Assembly: GCA_050916045.1 (NCBI GenBank)
Contig: CP051526.1
Span: 832,001-896,000 of the forward strand
Length of the DNA: 64,000 nt
Direction: 5' to 3'
Source of the DNA: Tepidisphaera sp.
GTDB taxonomy: Bacteria; Planctomycetota; Phycisphaerae; Phycisphaerales; UBA1924
Part shown: piece after piece, positions 8,827-18,864 of the stretch
Position numbering within the stretch: the first letter of the stretch is position 1
Layout of the letters: every line of letters begins with the position of its first letter
Notes under the pieces: model-generated
What the model was told of the DNA's origin: nothing
Databases searched by the model: none
The model's input: only the letters and a program-made list of their open reading frames with translations
Translations under genes and position numbers: made by a program

Positions 8827-11148
8827 CTACGCCCTCTTCTCGCTCGGATACGCGATCCGTCCGTGATAGATGCTCGTCACCGTCCGCGCGATCGACTCGC
8901 AGATCTGGTTCAGCTCCCGAAGCGTCAGCTCGCAGTCATCAAACTGCCCGTCCAGAAGCCGCTTGTTCGCAAGATCCCGCACCAACGCCTCGATCCTCGC
9001 CGGCGTCGGGTCCTCGAGCGTCCGCGTCGCGCTCTCCACCGCGTCCGCCACCATCAGGATCGCCACTTCCTTCGTCTGCGGCCTCGGACCCGGATACCGA
9101 TACTCCACCTCGTCGGGCATCCCGTCCAGTTCCGAATCATCCTCTTCCCGATCAAGATCCCCGATCTCCGAATCCTCCTGGGCCGCCGCCGCTTTGGCTT
9201 TCTGCTTGGCCCGGTGGAAGAAATACTCGACCAGCGTCGTCCCGTGGTGGGCCTCGATGAAGTGCCGAAGCACCTTGGGGATGCCGAACTCAATCGCCAG
9301 CTCCACCCCGTCCTTCACGTGCCCCACGATCACCAGAAGCGACAGCGCCGGCGACAATTTGTCGTGCCGGTTCCCCCCGCCCACGCGGTTCTCGATGAAA
9401 TACTCCGGCTTGTTCATCTTCCCGATGTCGTGGTAAAGCCCGCCGACGTACGTGAGAAGCGAGTTCGCCCCGATCGCGTCCGCCGCCGCCTCCGCGATCG
9501 CCGCCACGTTCAGCGAGTGGTTGTACGTCCCCGGCGCCCGCTGCTGAAGCTCCCGCAGCAGCGGCTGCTTCGGATCGCGAAGCTCGATCAGCGTCAGCCC
9601 GGTCGCGACGTCAAACAGCCGCTCGACCGTTGGCAGGACGAAAAGCACCACGCCTCCGCACAGCACCGCGCCCGCTCCGGCCATCGCCGCATCCACCATC
9701 GTCTGCCGCCACGCTTCGGGCACCGGTCGCTCCACCAGCCCCACGACCAGCGTCGCGACCGCCAGCGCCGCGCCCGCGCCCAGAGCCCCGCGAACCATCG
9801 TCCCACGCTCCCGCACATCGCGAAGCAGCCAAACCGCCGCCGCGATCCCCGACACCAGCACCGCAAAGTCGCCCACCGATCGATCGAGCCCCAGACACAC
9901 CAATGTCCCAAGCAGCACGCCGTACGCCAGCGCCACCCGCTGCTCGTACGCCACCGTCAGGAGCATCACGACGATGATGATCGGCGCCGTCGCCGTCACC
10001 GCCGAAAGCCCCGGATACATGACCGTCCCCGCGCACGCCGCCGCCAGCGCCACAAGCAGCAGCACCGCCGCCGAGATCTGCCGCCCGACGCTCCGCCGGA
10101 TCCGCGGCACGAACAGCGCCGTGTACCCCGCGCACGCCGCCGCGATCGCCGCCGTCACCGCAACCAGCCCCGCCCTCGGCCACCAGATCTGCCCCGATGT
10201 CGCCACCGTCGGAAACTGACGACGCTCCGCTTCGTAAAGGTCGTACTGCGCCGGCGTGAGCGCGTCGCCCCGCGCGAAGATCACCTGCCCCTTGGCGTAC
10301 TTGATCGTCTGAAGCGGCACCGCGTTCGCCGCCGCCGCCAGATCCTCCGCCGTCGATTCCTCATCAAACCTGAAAGTCGGCCTCGGCTCGTTCAAAAGCC
10401 GGTTCGTCGCCACCTCCGCCAGCGCCCCGCGAAGCCCCGACGCACGCACCATCCCACGCATCGCTTCGTCTCGCATCGCCGCGCCCGACAGATTCACCAC
10501 CTCCGCCCGTGGCACCGTCGTCGTCGACGCCGCCGGAAGCGCAAGCTTGATCTCGACGTTCAGACCCTCGGTCAGCGCCCGCTGAAACGTCCGCTCATCA
10601 AGCACCGGCTTGCGAAGCAGGATCGACCCCAGCCGCGTCACACCTTTGGACCACGCGCCGTCCGCCGCCGCGTCCGCGCCCCGCAGCGCGCCCAAAAGCT
10701 CCTCCGTCAGCCCGAACTTCTGCTGGATCGCCGGATCCACCCGGTCCAGCGTCGTCGCCGAAGCCACCGCCGCCGGCAGACTCTCAAGCGACTGCACGAT
10801 CTCCCCGATCACTTCCGAGTTCGCCGCGTACACCCGCGGCACACGGCTCTTCGCCGCTTCCCGAAGCTCCTGCTCCGCCGCACGGTCACGGTTCACCAGG
10901 TCCGCACGCACCGTCCGCGTCTCGTCCATCACCCGTCCGACCGCGACAAGCGGCATCTCGCGCGACCACACCACCATCCCCGACGCGAAAAGCCCGGCCA
11001 GGATCGTGATCAAAAGGCCCCACGCCCCGATCGGCGATTCCACCGCCTGAAGCACCATCGATCCCAGCACCGCCCGCGCCTGCCCGCGCCGCTGCCTCAC
11101 GCTCCGGCTGATCGCGCTCGTCCTCGACCTGTTCGTGTCGCGTCCCAT
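8827..11148 (-). CDS. 7TM-HDIG domain membrane phosphohydrolase (PgpH/YqfF-like)
   Basis: APGTYNHSLNVA, YHDIGKM, HHGTT, YRYPGPRPQTKE, ADAVES; multiple TM helices; lies downstream of phoH as usual for this family. Confidence 0.9.
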   Translation of the reverse strand: MGRDTNRSRTSAISRSVRQRRGQARAVLGSMVLQAVESPIGAWGLLITILAGLFASGMVVWSREMPLVAVGRVMDETRTVRADLVNRDRAAEQELREAAKSRVPRVYAANSEVIGEIVQSLESLPAAVASATTLDRVDPAIQQKFGLTEELLGALRGADAAADGAWSKGVTRLGSILLRKPVLDERTFQRALTEGLNVEIKLALPAASTTTVPRAEVVNLSGAAMRDEAMRGMVRASGLRGALAEVATNRLLNEPRPTFRFDEESTAEDLAAAANAVPLQTIKYAKGQVIFARGDALTPAQYDLYEAERRQFPTVATSGQIWWPRAGLVAVTAAIAAACAGYTALFVPRIRRSVGRQISAAVLLLVALAAACAGTVMYPGLSAVTATAPIIIVVMLLTVAYEQRVALAYGVLLGTLVCLGLDRSVGDFAVLVSGIAAAVWLLRDVRERGTMVRGALGAGAALAVATLVVGLVERPVPEAWRQTMVDAAMAGAGAVLCGGVVLFVLPTVERLFDVATGLTLIELRDPKQPLLRELQQRAPGTYNHSLNVAAIAEAAADAIGANSLLTYVGGLYHDIGKMNKPEYFIENRVGGGNRHDKLSPALSLLVIVGHVKDGVELAIEFGIPKVLRHFIEAHHGTTLVEYFFHRAKQKAKAAAAQEDSEIGDLDREEDDSELDGMPDEVEYRYPGPRPQTKEVAILMVADAVESATRTLEDPTPARIEALVRDLANKRLLDGQFDDCELTLRELNQICESIARTVTSIYHGRIAYPSEKRA

Positions 11149-11151
11149 GCG

Positions 11152-12150
11152 TTACCGCGGCCCCCCGATGCCTTCATCGTCGTACGCGTCGATCACGCGC
11201 TGCACCAGCGGATGCCGCACCACGTCGCTCCGGTCAAGGCCCACCATCGCCACCCCCGGCGTCCGCCCCAGCCTCCGGCACGCATCCACCAAGCCGCTGT
11301 CCCCCGGGTTCGCCAGGTCCACCTGCGTCGCGTCCCCCGTCACCACCATCTTGCTCCCGTGCCCCATTCGCGTCAGGAACATCTTCATCTGCGAGCGAGT
11401 CGTGTTCTGCGCCTCGTCCAGAATGATCATCGCGTTGTTCAGCGTCCGCCCGCGCATGAACGCAAGCGGGCAGATCTCCACCACGTCGCTCTCCATGAAC
11501 CGGCGGATCGTCCCGTACTCCATCATGTCGTGCAGCGCGTCAAAAAGCGGCCGCAGATACGGGTTCACCTTTGCTTCAAGATCCCCCGGCAGGAACCCGA
11601 GCTTCTCGCCCGCTTCCACCGCCGGCCTCACCAGAAACAGCTTGCTCGTCCGCCCCGTCTTCAGCAGGTGCACCGCCACCGCCACGGCGAGGTACGTCTT
11701 TCCCGTGCCCGCCGGCCCGACCGCGAAAACCATGTCGTTGTCGCGGATCGCCCTCAGGTACGCTTCCTGATTCGCCGTCTTGGGCTTGATCTGCCGCCCG
11801 CGGACGTACACGTCAAGGCGACCATCCCACGCTTCATTCAGCGACGGGACCTCCTCCGCCCCGGCTTCCTCGCCTTCGGGAAGGTCCGCCAGCGCCGAGG
11901 ATTCATCCGTGATGCACCCCAGCACCTCGCGGCGGTTCATCGGCCGGTTCTGCCGCGCCGCCGCTCCCAGACGCTGAAGTACCCGCTGCGCCACCGTCAC
12001 CGGCCCCCGGCCTCCCCGGATGTGCACCACGCCCTCTCGGGCCGTCACATCGACGCCGAGCGCCTCGCGAAGCATCTTGAGATTGCGTTCCCCGTCCCCG
12101 AGAACCCCCAGGCGCTCCGACCCCGTCGAAACTCGTATCGTCATGTCCAA
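11152..12150 (-). CDS. phoH: PhoH family ATPase
   Basis: GPAGTGKTYLAV, RPAVEAGEKLGFLPGD, PLAFMRGRTL, DEAQN, GDATQVDL; start is TTG 12150 or ATG 12144. Confidence 0.92.
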   Translation of the reverse strand: MDMTIRVSTGSERLGVLGDGERNLKMLREALGVDVTAREGVVHIRGGRGPVTVAQRVLQRLGAAARQNRPMNRREVLGCITDESSALADLPEGEEAGAEEVPSLNEAWDGRLDVYVRGRQIKPKTANQEAYLRAIRDNDMVFAVGPAGTGKTYLAVAVAVHLLKTGRTSKLFLVRPAVEAGEKLGFLPGDLEAKVNPYLRPLFDALHDMMEYGTIRRFMESDVVEICPLAFMRGRTLNNAMIILDEAQNTTRSQMKMFLTRMGHGSKMVVTGDATQVDLANPGDSGLVDACRRLGRTPGVAMVGLDRSDVVRHPLVQRVIDAYDDEGIGGPR

Positions 12151-12225
12151 GCGATGCGTACTCCCGGTCGTCCGACGACCCCGTCACTGTATCGAACCCC
12201 GCCCCCCGAGGTATCCTCTCCCCGC

Positions 12226-12663
12226 ATGGCCCCCGTACCCCGCCAGCTCGCCCTCTTCGCCCTCCTCTTTATCGGCGGCTGCTCCATCCCACGCCCCAAC
12301 GTCGACCCCGTCCAAAGTGCGAACGTTGTCGAGGACGCCGGCCAGTCCCGCGTGGATGTGGTGGGGGACTGGGACGATGTCTCAGCCGCTTTGGCCGTCG
12401 GGCTCGGCAAGCTCAACCTCGCCGTGGTCGACGGGACCTTCGACCAGAACCAGCTCTCTTACACGCTGGTGGACGTGCTCGACCGGCCCGCCCAGATCAG
12501 GGTCACCAAGCTCGACCCCGCACCGGGCGTTCCCGAGGGCACCATCCGGATCTCGGCTTCCTTCACCCGCTACCGCGACAAGGACCGTGAGCGACTCCTC
12601 GTCGCCGCCGTCGCGCAGCGTCTCGCCGAGCTTCGCGGCGTCGACATCGCACCCGTTCGTTGA
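12226..12663 (+). CDS. Hypothetical lipoprotein
   Basis: MAPVPRQLALFALLFIGGC lipobox; it is the real 3' part of the long shadow ORF 8863..12663; TATCCT 8 nt upstream. Confidence 0.7.
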   Translation: MAPVPRQLALFALLFIGGCSIPRPNVDPVQSANVVEDAGQSRVDVVGDWDDVSAALAVGLGKLNLAVVDGTFDQNQLSYTLVDVLDRPAQIRVTKLDPAPGVPEGTIRISASFTRYRDKDRERLLVAAVAQRLAELRGVDIAPVR

Positions 12664-12670
12664 ACGTGCC

Positions 12671-14083
12671 TCAAGCGGTCCCGCGAGACGCTTCCACCGG
12701 CTCGGGAAGTTCCACGATCATCGTCGTGCCTTCCTTCCACACCGATTCAACGCGGATCGTCCCGTCCAGCGACTTCACCGCGTGACGGACGATCGCAAGC
12801 CCAAGCCCGGTCCCCTTCGCGCCATTCCCCATCCGCGAGTTCTCCACCTGGTAGAACCGCTCGAAGATCCGCTGCTGCTGATCCAGCGGAATCCCGATCC
12901 CCCGATCCGCGACGCTCCAGCGGATCCCACCCTCCATCCGCTCCACGCCGACCACGACCTCCGTCCCGTCGTACGCGAACTTCAGCGCGTTCTCGATCAG
13001 GTTCCGCAGGATCAACTGCAAAAGCCGCGGATCCGTCCGAAGCTCGCTCACCCCCGCGCGAAACGCCAGGCCGACCGTCCCCTGCGACATCGTCGCCGCG
13101 AATTGAGCACGCATCGACGCTTCCACTTCCGCCGCCCGAACCGTCGACACCTCGATCGGAGCTTCGGTGCTCTCAAGCCGCGACAAGTCCATCAGATCCC
13201 GCGTCAGATCCTCAAGCCGCGTTGAATTCTCCGCGATCATCCGCAAAAGCCGCGACCGGATTCCCGGCTCCTCCGACGCGCCGCTCTCCAGCGTCTCGAT
13301 CGCACCCTTGATCGCCGCCAGCGGGGTTCGAAGCTCGTGGCTCGCGTTGGCCACAAAGTCCGTCCGAAGCCGCGCCGCTTCCGAAGCCTCCGTCACGTCC
13401 ACCATCGTCATCACCACGCCCACCGCTTCGGACCCGCGCCGCCACGGCGAAGCCGTCACCTCCACCGTTCTCGCCCCCGATGCGGGCAAAAGCCAGCGGA
13501 CCTCGGCGCTCCCCGCCCGCCCCGCCGCAGCGTCCCGATGAAGATGAAGCACCTCGCGCTGCGTGATGAATTCCGCGACGTTCCGGCCCGTCAAACCCCG
13601 CGATGCCAAGCTCGCATCAACCGAAAGCAGCGACAGAGCCGGCCCGTTCGCCGACACGATCCGTCCATCCACATCCGTCCCGATCACGGGAATCCGGATG
13701 CTCTCCAGCACGCCCGAAGCCGCCGCCCGCGCCGCTTCCGCGACTTCCGTCTGTGCACGCGAAAGCGGCACCGCACGCCCGACCGCCGCCAGCGCCGCTT
13801 CCAGATCCGCATCCGCTTCTTCGTCCAGCGCCGCACTCGAAGCGTGCCCAGCCTCCGCGAGCGTGCGAGCCACTCGCTCCCGCCGATCCCGCTCCACAGC
13901 ACGCCGGGCCCGCGCAGGTCCCGCGACAAAGATCAACCCCGCTCCGACGCTCGATCCCAGAATCGCGAGTGCACGCTGCCCAGCCGACCAGTCCCGCGTC
14001 GCGGCGAACAGCGACACGCCCCCGACGAGCATGATCGTCGCGAAGCCGGCAACCGCGGGCCGCTGCTGAAACCACCGAAGCAT
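12671..14083 (-). CDS. phoR: PAS-domain sensor histidine kinase, PhoR-like
   Basis: DFVANASHELRTPL H-box, NLIENALKF, DRGIGIP, FERFYQV, GTGLGLAIV; two N-terminal TMs. Confidence 0.8.
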   Translation of the reverse strand: MLRWFQQRPAVAGFATIMLVGGVSLFAATRDWSAGQRALAILGSSVGAGLIFVAGPARARRAVERDRRERVARTLAEAGHASSAALDEEADADLEAALAAVGRAVPLSRAQTEVAEAARAAASGVLESIRIPVIGTDVDGRIVSANGPALSLLSVDASLASRGLTGRNVAEFITQREVLHLHRDAAAGRAGSAEVRWLLPASGARTVEVTASPWRRGSEAVGVVMTMVDVTEASEAARLRTDFVANASHELRTPLAAIKGAIETLESGASEEPGIRSRLLRMIAENSTRLEDLTRDLMDLSRLESTEAPIEVSTVRAAEVEASMRAQFAATMSQGTVGLAFRAGVSELRTDPRLLQLILRNLIENALKFAYDGTEVVVGVERMEGGIRWSVADRGIGIPLDQQQRIFERFYQVENSRMGNGAKGTGLGLAIVRHAVKSLDGTIRVESVWKEGTTMIVELPEPVEASRGTA

Positions 14084-14092
14084 CGGCGGATG

Positions 14093-14815
14093 CTACTCCT
14101 CGCCCGAGCCCGGCGCATCCGCCGTCGCGCGATATCCCACTCCACGCACCGTCTTGATCAGGCTCGCCGAAGCACCAAGCTTCTTGCGGATCGCGGTCAT
14201 GTGCACGTCGATCGTCCGGTCCGTCACCGTCACGCCCGGACCCATCGCACGGGCCATCAGCACGCTCCGCGTCATGATCTTCCCCTGCGCCTGAAGCAGG
14301 GCAGCCAGAAGCCTGAACTCCGTCAGCGTGAATTTCACCGAATCCCCGGAAACCACCGCTTCGTGCGTCTCCGTGTTCATCGCGAGCTCGCCGAGCGCAA
14401 GCGATCGGTTCGCACTCGGCCCCGTCGTCCCCGTCGGAAGCGACCGCCTCAGCAACGCCTCCAGACGCGCAAGAAGCACCTTGATCGAGAACGGCTTGGT
14501 CACATAGTCGTCCGCGCCCACCGTCAGCCCCACCACCTGATCCACCTCTTCGCTCTTGGCCGTGAGCATCAGGATCGGCACCGTCGCGGTCACCGGATTC
14601 GTCCGAAGCCGCCTGGCGACCTCGGTCCCTGACAGTTCAGGCAGCATCACATCCAAAATGATCGCGTCCGGGGCTCCCGAGGAAGCCATGTCCACCGCGG
14701 ACCGCCCGTTTCGGGCAATCGAAACCCTGTATCCGGTCTTCTGCAGGTTGTATTGAAGCAGTTCGGCGATGTCGCGTTCGTCTTCCACGATCAGGATGTG
14801 GCGTGATTCGCTCAT
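14093..14815 (-). CDS. phoB: OmpR/PhoB family response regulator
   Basis: ILIVEDE, LDVMLP, MLTAKSEE, GADDYVTKPFS, DRTIDVH, IKTVRGVGY; adjacent to phoR, phoH and a porin. Confidence 0.8.
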   Translation of the reverse strand: MSESRHILIVEDERDIAELLQYNLQKTGYRVSIARNGRSAVDMASSGAPDAIILDVMLPELSGTEVARRLRTNPVTATVPILMLTAKSEEVDQVVGLTVGADDYVTKPFSIKVLLARLEALLRRSLPTGTTGPSANRSLALGELAMNTETHEAVVSGDSVKFTLTEFRLLAALLQAQGKIMTRSVLMARAMGPGVTVTDRTIDVHMTAIRKKLGASASLIKTVRGVGYRATADAPGSGEE

Positions 14816-15323
14816 GTTTGTTAGCCGTAACTCCTTGGCCGATAACCACCTACGGTCATCCGAGCATCGGAAAGCACCGCGTGGGAATGATACCCGCGAC
14901 CCCGTTGTTCGCATGTTGGAAGGGTTCACAATGCGCTAAGAATGCTGGGAAAATGGGTGTTGAACCGAAAGAAACCATGCTCAACTGGGGAGAAACCGCA
15001 AGAAATGTGTCCGTGAGGTGGGGTGACAACCGAAAAAACGAATTCCCCGTGTTTGCGTTTGCTAATCGGTGTGAGTATCGTTACCTTCCCCGGCCATCAC
15101 GGTAATCGGACTCTGGGAGGGTCAATCGAGTTCGGAAGGGGGTTCGAAGCGTGCTCCGACAAACCGCCCCTTTCATGGGAAGCGGGAAGCAGTTGGGAAG
15201 GGTGGGGGGACAACAAGTGTCCAGAGGGGACGGACTTCGTGGTCTGATCCCCAGTTCGGACGAGTTCAGAGTGGGCCGCGCCGCCTCGCCAATGGGGGCT
15301 GGCCCGAGATCAAGGAGTCTCAG

Positions 15324-16619
15324 ATGACGAAGCAGATGAAGATGGTGACGATGATCGCGGGCGCCGCCCTGAGCCTCGGTTCCGCCGTGGCCCAGACCAG
15401 CGTTGATCGCGCGGTCGACGCCGAGCGTCTCAACAGCACGCTCAACCGCTCCAACCTCCAGGGCTCCGGCGACGGCGCCACCATGAAGGTCGGCGGCCTC
15501 ATCCAGTTCCGCTACCACGCCAACTGGCGCTCCGACGGCACCGCCACCCAGCCGGCCGGCACCATCTCGCAGGACGACGACTTCACCTCCGGTTTCGCCT
15601 CTGGCAAGACCAAGCTCTGGGTGAAGGGCAACGCCGCCGAGAACCTCGAGTACGGCATCCAGGGCGACTTCGCCACCTCCGGCGGCAGCTTCGCTCTCGA
15701 TGACGCCTTCTTCCGCTACGTCTTCAGCGACGGCTTCGCGGTCAAGGCCGGTCAGTTCAAGCTCCCGATCCTCCGCGAAGAGAACATCAGCGACGCCTAC
15801 CAGCTCGCCGCTCAGCGCTCGATCGTGAACAACGTCTTCACCCAGGGCCGTAGCCAGGGCGTGCAGGCCGAGTTCACCTCCGACGCGTTCTCCGCGATGG
15901 TCGCCTTCTCCGACGGCATCCGCAGCCGCAACACGGACTGGAACAGCTCCGCCGAGTCCGACTGGGCCCTCACCGGCCGCCTCAACTACGTGATCTCCGG
16001 CGATGCGAAGCGTTTCGACGACTTCACCTCCGGCAAGGGCGAGTCCTACGCCTCCATGGTCGGCGCGGCGATCCACTACCAGGGCGGCCAGGACACCGGT
16101 GACGGCAACGACGCCGGCGCCAACACCGCCACCGCCAACTTCCTCCTCTACACCATCGACGCCCAGTTCGAAGGCGACGGCTGGAACGCCTTCGCGGCCT
16201 TCGTCGGCTCCAACACCGACCCCGAAGCCGCCGGCGATGAGTCCACCTCCGCCTACGGCCTCCTCGTTCAGGCCGGCGTGTTCGTCGACAACTCCTGGGA
16301 GCTCTTCGGCCGCTGGGACTCCATCTTCGCCGACAGCAACGCCGACGGCGCGACCCTCGACCCCGACGCCTTCCACTTCATCACGGCCGGCGTGAACTAC
16401 TACCTCATTCCGAAGAAGCACACGATGAAGGCCACCTTCAGCGTCATCGTCGCTCTCAACGAGACCTACGACCTCCGCAACTTCAACGTCCTGGCTGGCA
16501 CCGGCGGCACCGCTCCCGCGGGCACCGGCACCTCCCTGCCCTACTCGGCCGGCGGTATCCTCGGTGACATCGACACCGGCGAAATCGGCCTGTCCGCTCA
16601 GGTCCAGGTCATGTTCTAA
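15324..16619 (+). CDS. Outer-membrane porin, OprO/OprP phosphate-selective family-like
   Basis: Signal peptide, GGLIQFRY, LDDAFFRY, KAGQFKLP, alternating beta strands, C-terminal Phe; AAGGAG RBS; strongly biased codons. Confidence 0.8.
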   Translation: MTKQMKMVTMIAGAALSLGSAVAQTSVDRAVDAERLNSTLNRSNLQGSGDGATMKVGGLIQFRYHANWRSDGTATQPAGTISQDDDFTSGFASGKTKLWVKGNAAENLEYGIQGDFATSGGSFALDDAFFRYVFSDGFAVKAGQFKLPILREENISDAYQLAAQRSIVNNVFTQGRSQGVQAEFTSDAFSAMVAFSDGIRSRNTDWNSSAESDWALTGRLNYVISGDAKRFDDFTSGKGESYASMVGAAIHYQGGQDTGDGNDAGANTATANFLLYTIDAQFEGDGWNAFAAFVGSNTDPEAAGDESTSAYGLLVQAGVFVDNSWELFGRWDSIFADSNADGATLDPDAFHFITAGVNYYLIPKKHTMKATFSVIVALNETYDLRNFNVLAGTGGTAPAGTGTSLPYSAGGILGDIDTGEIGLSAQVQVMF

Positions 16620-16645
16620 GTTCGCCTGATTCACTCTGAATCATC

Positions 16646-16682
16646 ACCGGCCGGCTCGCAAGAGCCGGCCGGTTGTTTTTTT
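16646..16682 (+). terminator. Rho-independent terminator
   Basis: accggccggctc-gcaa-gagccggccggt followed by a T-run. Confidence 0.9.
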
Positions 16683-16686
16683 CGGC

Positions 16687-16742
16687 AAGTCACGCAGTCA
16701 CGAAGTCACGAAGTCGTGACGCGCCAAAGCCGCGAAGTCACT
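16687..16742. repeat. Imperfect octamer tandem array (aagtcacg)
   Basis: aagtcacg cagtcacg aagtcacg aagtcgtg acgcgcca aagccgcg aagtcact. Confidence 0.75.
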
Positions 16743-16797
16743 CGGACAACGTCTCGGTCGAGCGCCGAACAGCGAACGCCTCGTGCCTCGTGTTTTC

Positions 16798-17268
16798 TCA
16801 TTCCTTGACGCTGGCCGGATCCTGGCCCTGCTCGATCGCCGCGATCTTCCGCAAGCGTCTCGCGTGGCGGCCGCCCTCAAACGGCGTCTTCACGAACGTC
16901 TCCGTGATCTTCTCGATCAGCCGCTGGCCCAGCAGGTCCGCCGACATGCACAGGATGTTCGCGTTGTTGTGGCTCCGCGAAAGCTGAGCCGCGATCTCAT
17001 CGTGCGCCACCGCCGCGCGGATCCCCGGGATCTTGTTCGCCGCGATCGACATTCCGATCCCAGTCCCGCAGATCAGCACGCCGCTCTCGTACTTCCCCTC
17101 CGCGATCGCCCGGGCCACCTGGTACGCAAGCTCCGGATAGTCGCACGGCTGACCCGAGCACTCGCCCATCACGGCGACCTCGTGCCCCTCGCGCGTCAGT
17201 TTCTCCTGCAGCTGACGGATAGCAGCCGTTCCGCGGTGATCTGCAGCAAGCGCGATTCTCAAGGTCAT
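16798..17268 (-). CDS. rpiB: Ribose-5-phosphate isomerase B
   Basis: ADHRG, DYP, GVLICGTGIGMSIAANKIPGIRAA, SRSHNNANILC, FEGGRHARR. Confidence 0.95.
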   Translation of the reverse strand: MTLRIALAADHRGTAAIRQLQEKLTREGHEVAVMGECSGQPCDYPELAYQVARAIAEGKYESGVLICGTGIGMSIAANKIPGIRAAVAHDEIAAQLSRSHNNANILCMSADLLGQRLIEKITETFVKTPFEGGRHARRLRKIAAIEQGQDPASVKE

Positions 17269-17272
17269 GCTC

Positions 17273-18412
17273 CTATTCGTTCCCGGTTCCTGCGTTCCGA
17301 CGCCCGGCAAGGCGAGCGTCGAGCCCCGCGAGCCGCGACCGGATCAGTTCCTCCAGCCGCTTCGCGGTTGAAATATAGAGCGCCACGGGCCCGCCCACCG
17401 GGTCGGGAATATCGCTTCCCGAAGGGTCCAGCACTTCGACCTTCTCCGCCACCTCAGGTCCCATCGTCCGCAGCGCTCGGGCGTGCGAAGCCGTCATCGC
17501 GTAGATCGCGTCCGCCCCGCGAGCCGCTTCCGACGTCACCCCCTGCGACCGGTGGGGCGATGGCTCGATCCCCAGCGCACGCAAAGCCCCGGTCGTCTGC
17601 GGGCTCGCGGGTTCCCCCTCGCTCGCCGCCACCCCCGCCGAAGACACCTCCGTCGGAATCCCGTCAAGCGTCCCCTCCGGCCCGATGATCGACCGCGCGA
17701 TCGCCTCCGCCATCGGGCTTCGGCACGTGTTCCCCGTGCAGACAAACAGAATCCGCCGCGTCAAAGCCCGCGCGACCGATCGCGCCGGCACCGCCCCTTC
17801 GCTCACCACCGAGTACCCCGCACGCTCCCCGCCCGTCAGCCTCACCGTCGTCGACGGCCGTCCGTGCGTCGTCCGGCCCGCGTCAAGGACAAGCTCCGCG
17901 CCCAAAGCACCCAGCGCCCGAGCGTCATCACCCTCGCCCCCGCGCGGCACGCGATCCACCACGATCGGCCCACCCGTCGCTTGGATCACCGCGCGTGCCA
18001 CCGAGTGAGACGGCACCCGCACCCACACGACACCACCCGCATCCGCCGCCGAGACCGCGAGACCTTCGACAGGCCACGCTCCGACCTCAAGCGCCGCAAG
18101 ATCGATCCCAAACCGCACCGGCCCGGGCGCAAGCCTCTCCACCGCCCGTCGGTGGAGCGGCCAGCGGAGTTTGTCCACCACCTCGCTCGCACTCCCCGCG
18201 TGCCATGTCGAACTCTCGTCCGCTTTCCGGCCCGAAAACGCGACCAATCGCGACAGCGCGCCCGCATCGCTCGCCAGCGCCGCGACGCCGTAAAGCGTCT
18301 CCGTGGGGATCACCACAAGCCCGCCGCTCCGAAGGACAGCCGCCGCGCGATCTGCCGCTTCCCGCACCGCCACCGGCGAGTCCGACTTCAATTGAATCAG
18401 TGCGGGCGTCAC
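17273..18412 (-). CDS. Fusion of a Sua5/TsaC-like domain and a low-molecular-weight phosphatase (YwlE-like)
   Basis: N-terminal VVIPTETLYGV, PGPV, VRVPSH, DAGRTTHGRPSTTV; C-terminal LFVCTGNTCRSPMAE, SAG, DIPDPVGG; GTG 18412 overlaps the upstream TGA. Confidence 0.85.
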   Translation of the reverse strand: MTPALIQLKSDSPVAVREAADRAAAVLRSGGLVVIPTETLYGVAALASDAGALSRLVAFSGRKADESSTWHAGSASEVVDKLRWPLHRRAVERLAPGPVRFGIDLAALEVGAWPVEGLAVSAADAGGVVWVRVPSHSVARAVIQATGGPIVVDRVPRGGEGDDARALGALGAELVLDAGRTTHGRPSTTVRLTGGERAGYSVVSEGAVPARSVARALTRRILFVCTGNTCRSPMAEAIARSIIGPEGTLDGIPTEVSSAGVAASEGEPASPQTTGALRALGIEPSPHRSQGVTSEAARGADAIYAMTASHARALRTMGPEVAEKVEVLDPSGSDIPDPVGGPVALYISTAKRLEELIRSRLAGLDARLAGRRNAGTGNE

Positions 18413-18864
18413 GCGGGCATCGTACCTCCGCTCCCCGCATCGCCACCGCCGCGTGGTCCAAACGGCGGAACCACAGCCAGCCCGCATGCCGCATCGCGCG
18501 GACGCGCAGCCGCCACAGCGTCGTACGCCGCTCTTGCCACCCAGGAAAGCCCCGGCATGCCAAGCACCAGCGCCGGCACCACGCCAAGCGGTGTCTCCAG
18601 CAGCGCCGCCCGCATCCCGGGCCATCCCGCGAGCTTCTCCCCGGCCGAGGTCCTGACCGGGATCCCCTTCATCGCCGACTCCCGCGGGACGGGAAGCTCT
18701 TCATCGCTCCGCTGCGTCAGATCCGCCAGCTCCAGCCGCCCCAGCCAATCCAGCCACGCCAGCACCCGCACCCCGCGACGGCACCACGGGCATCGCCCAT
18801 CGAAGTAGACCGCAGTTCGCACCAAGCACCTCCGTCTCCGGCCCAAGGCCGGGACTTCGTCCAT
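18409..18864 (-). CDS. DCC1-like (DUF393) thiol-disulfide oxidoreductase
   Basis: VYFDGRCPWC motif, AYDAVAAAR; TATCAT 7 nt upstream of ATG. Confidence 0.8.
   Translation of the reverse strand: MDEVPALGRRRRCLVRTAVYFDGRCPWCRRGVRVLAWLDWLGRLELADLTQRSDEELPVPRESAMKGIPVRTSAGEKLAGWPGMRAALLETPLGVVPALVLGMPGLSWVARAAYDAVAAARPRDAACGLAVVPPFGPRGGGDAGSGGTMPA

Noticed and set aside
14816..15323. Canonical pho box upstream of the porin or phoB
   Set aside because: No CTGTCAT-type 11-bp direct repeat found by eye
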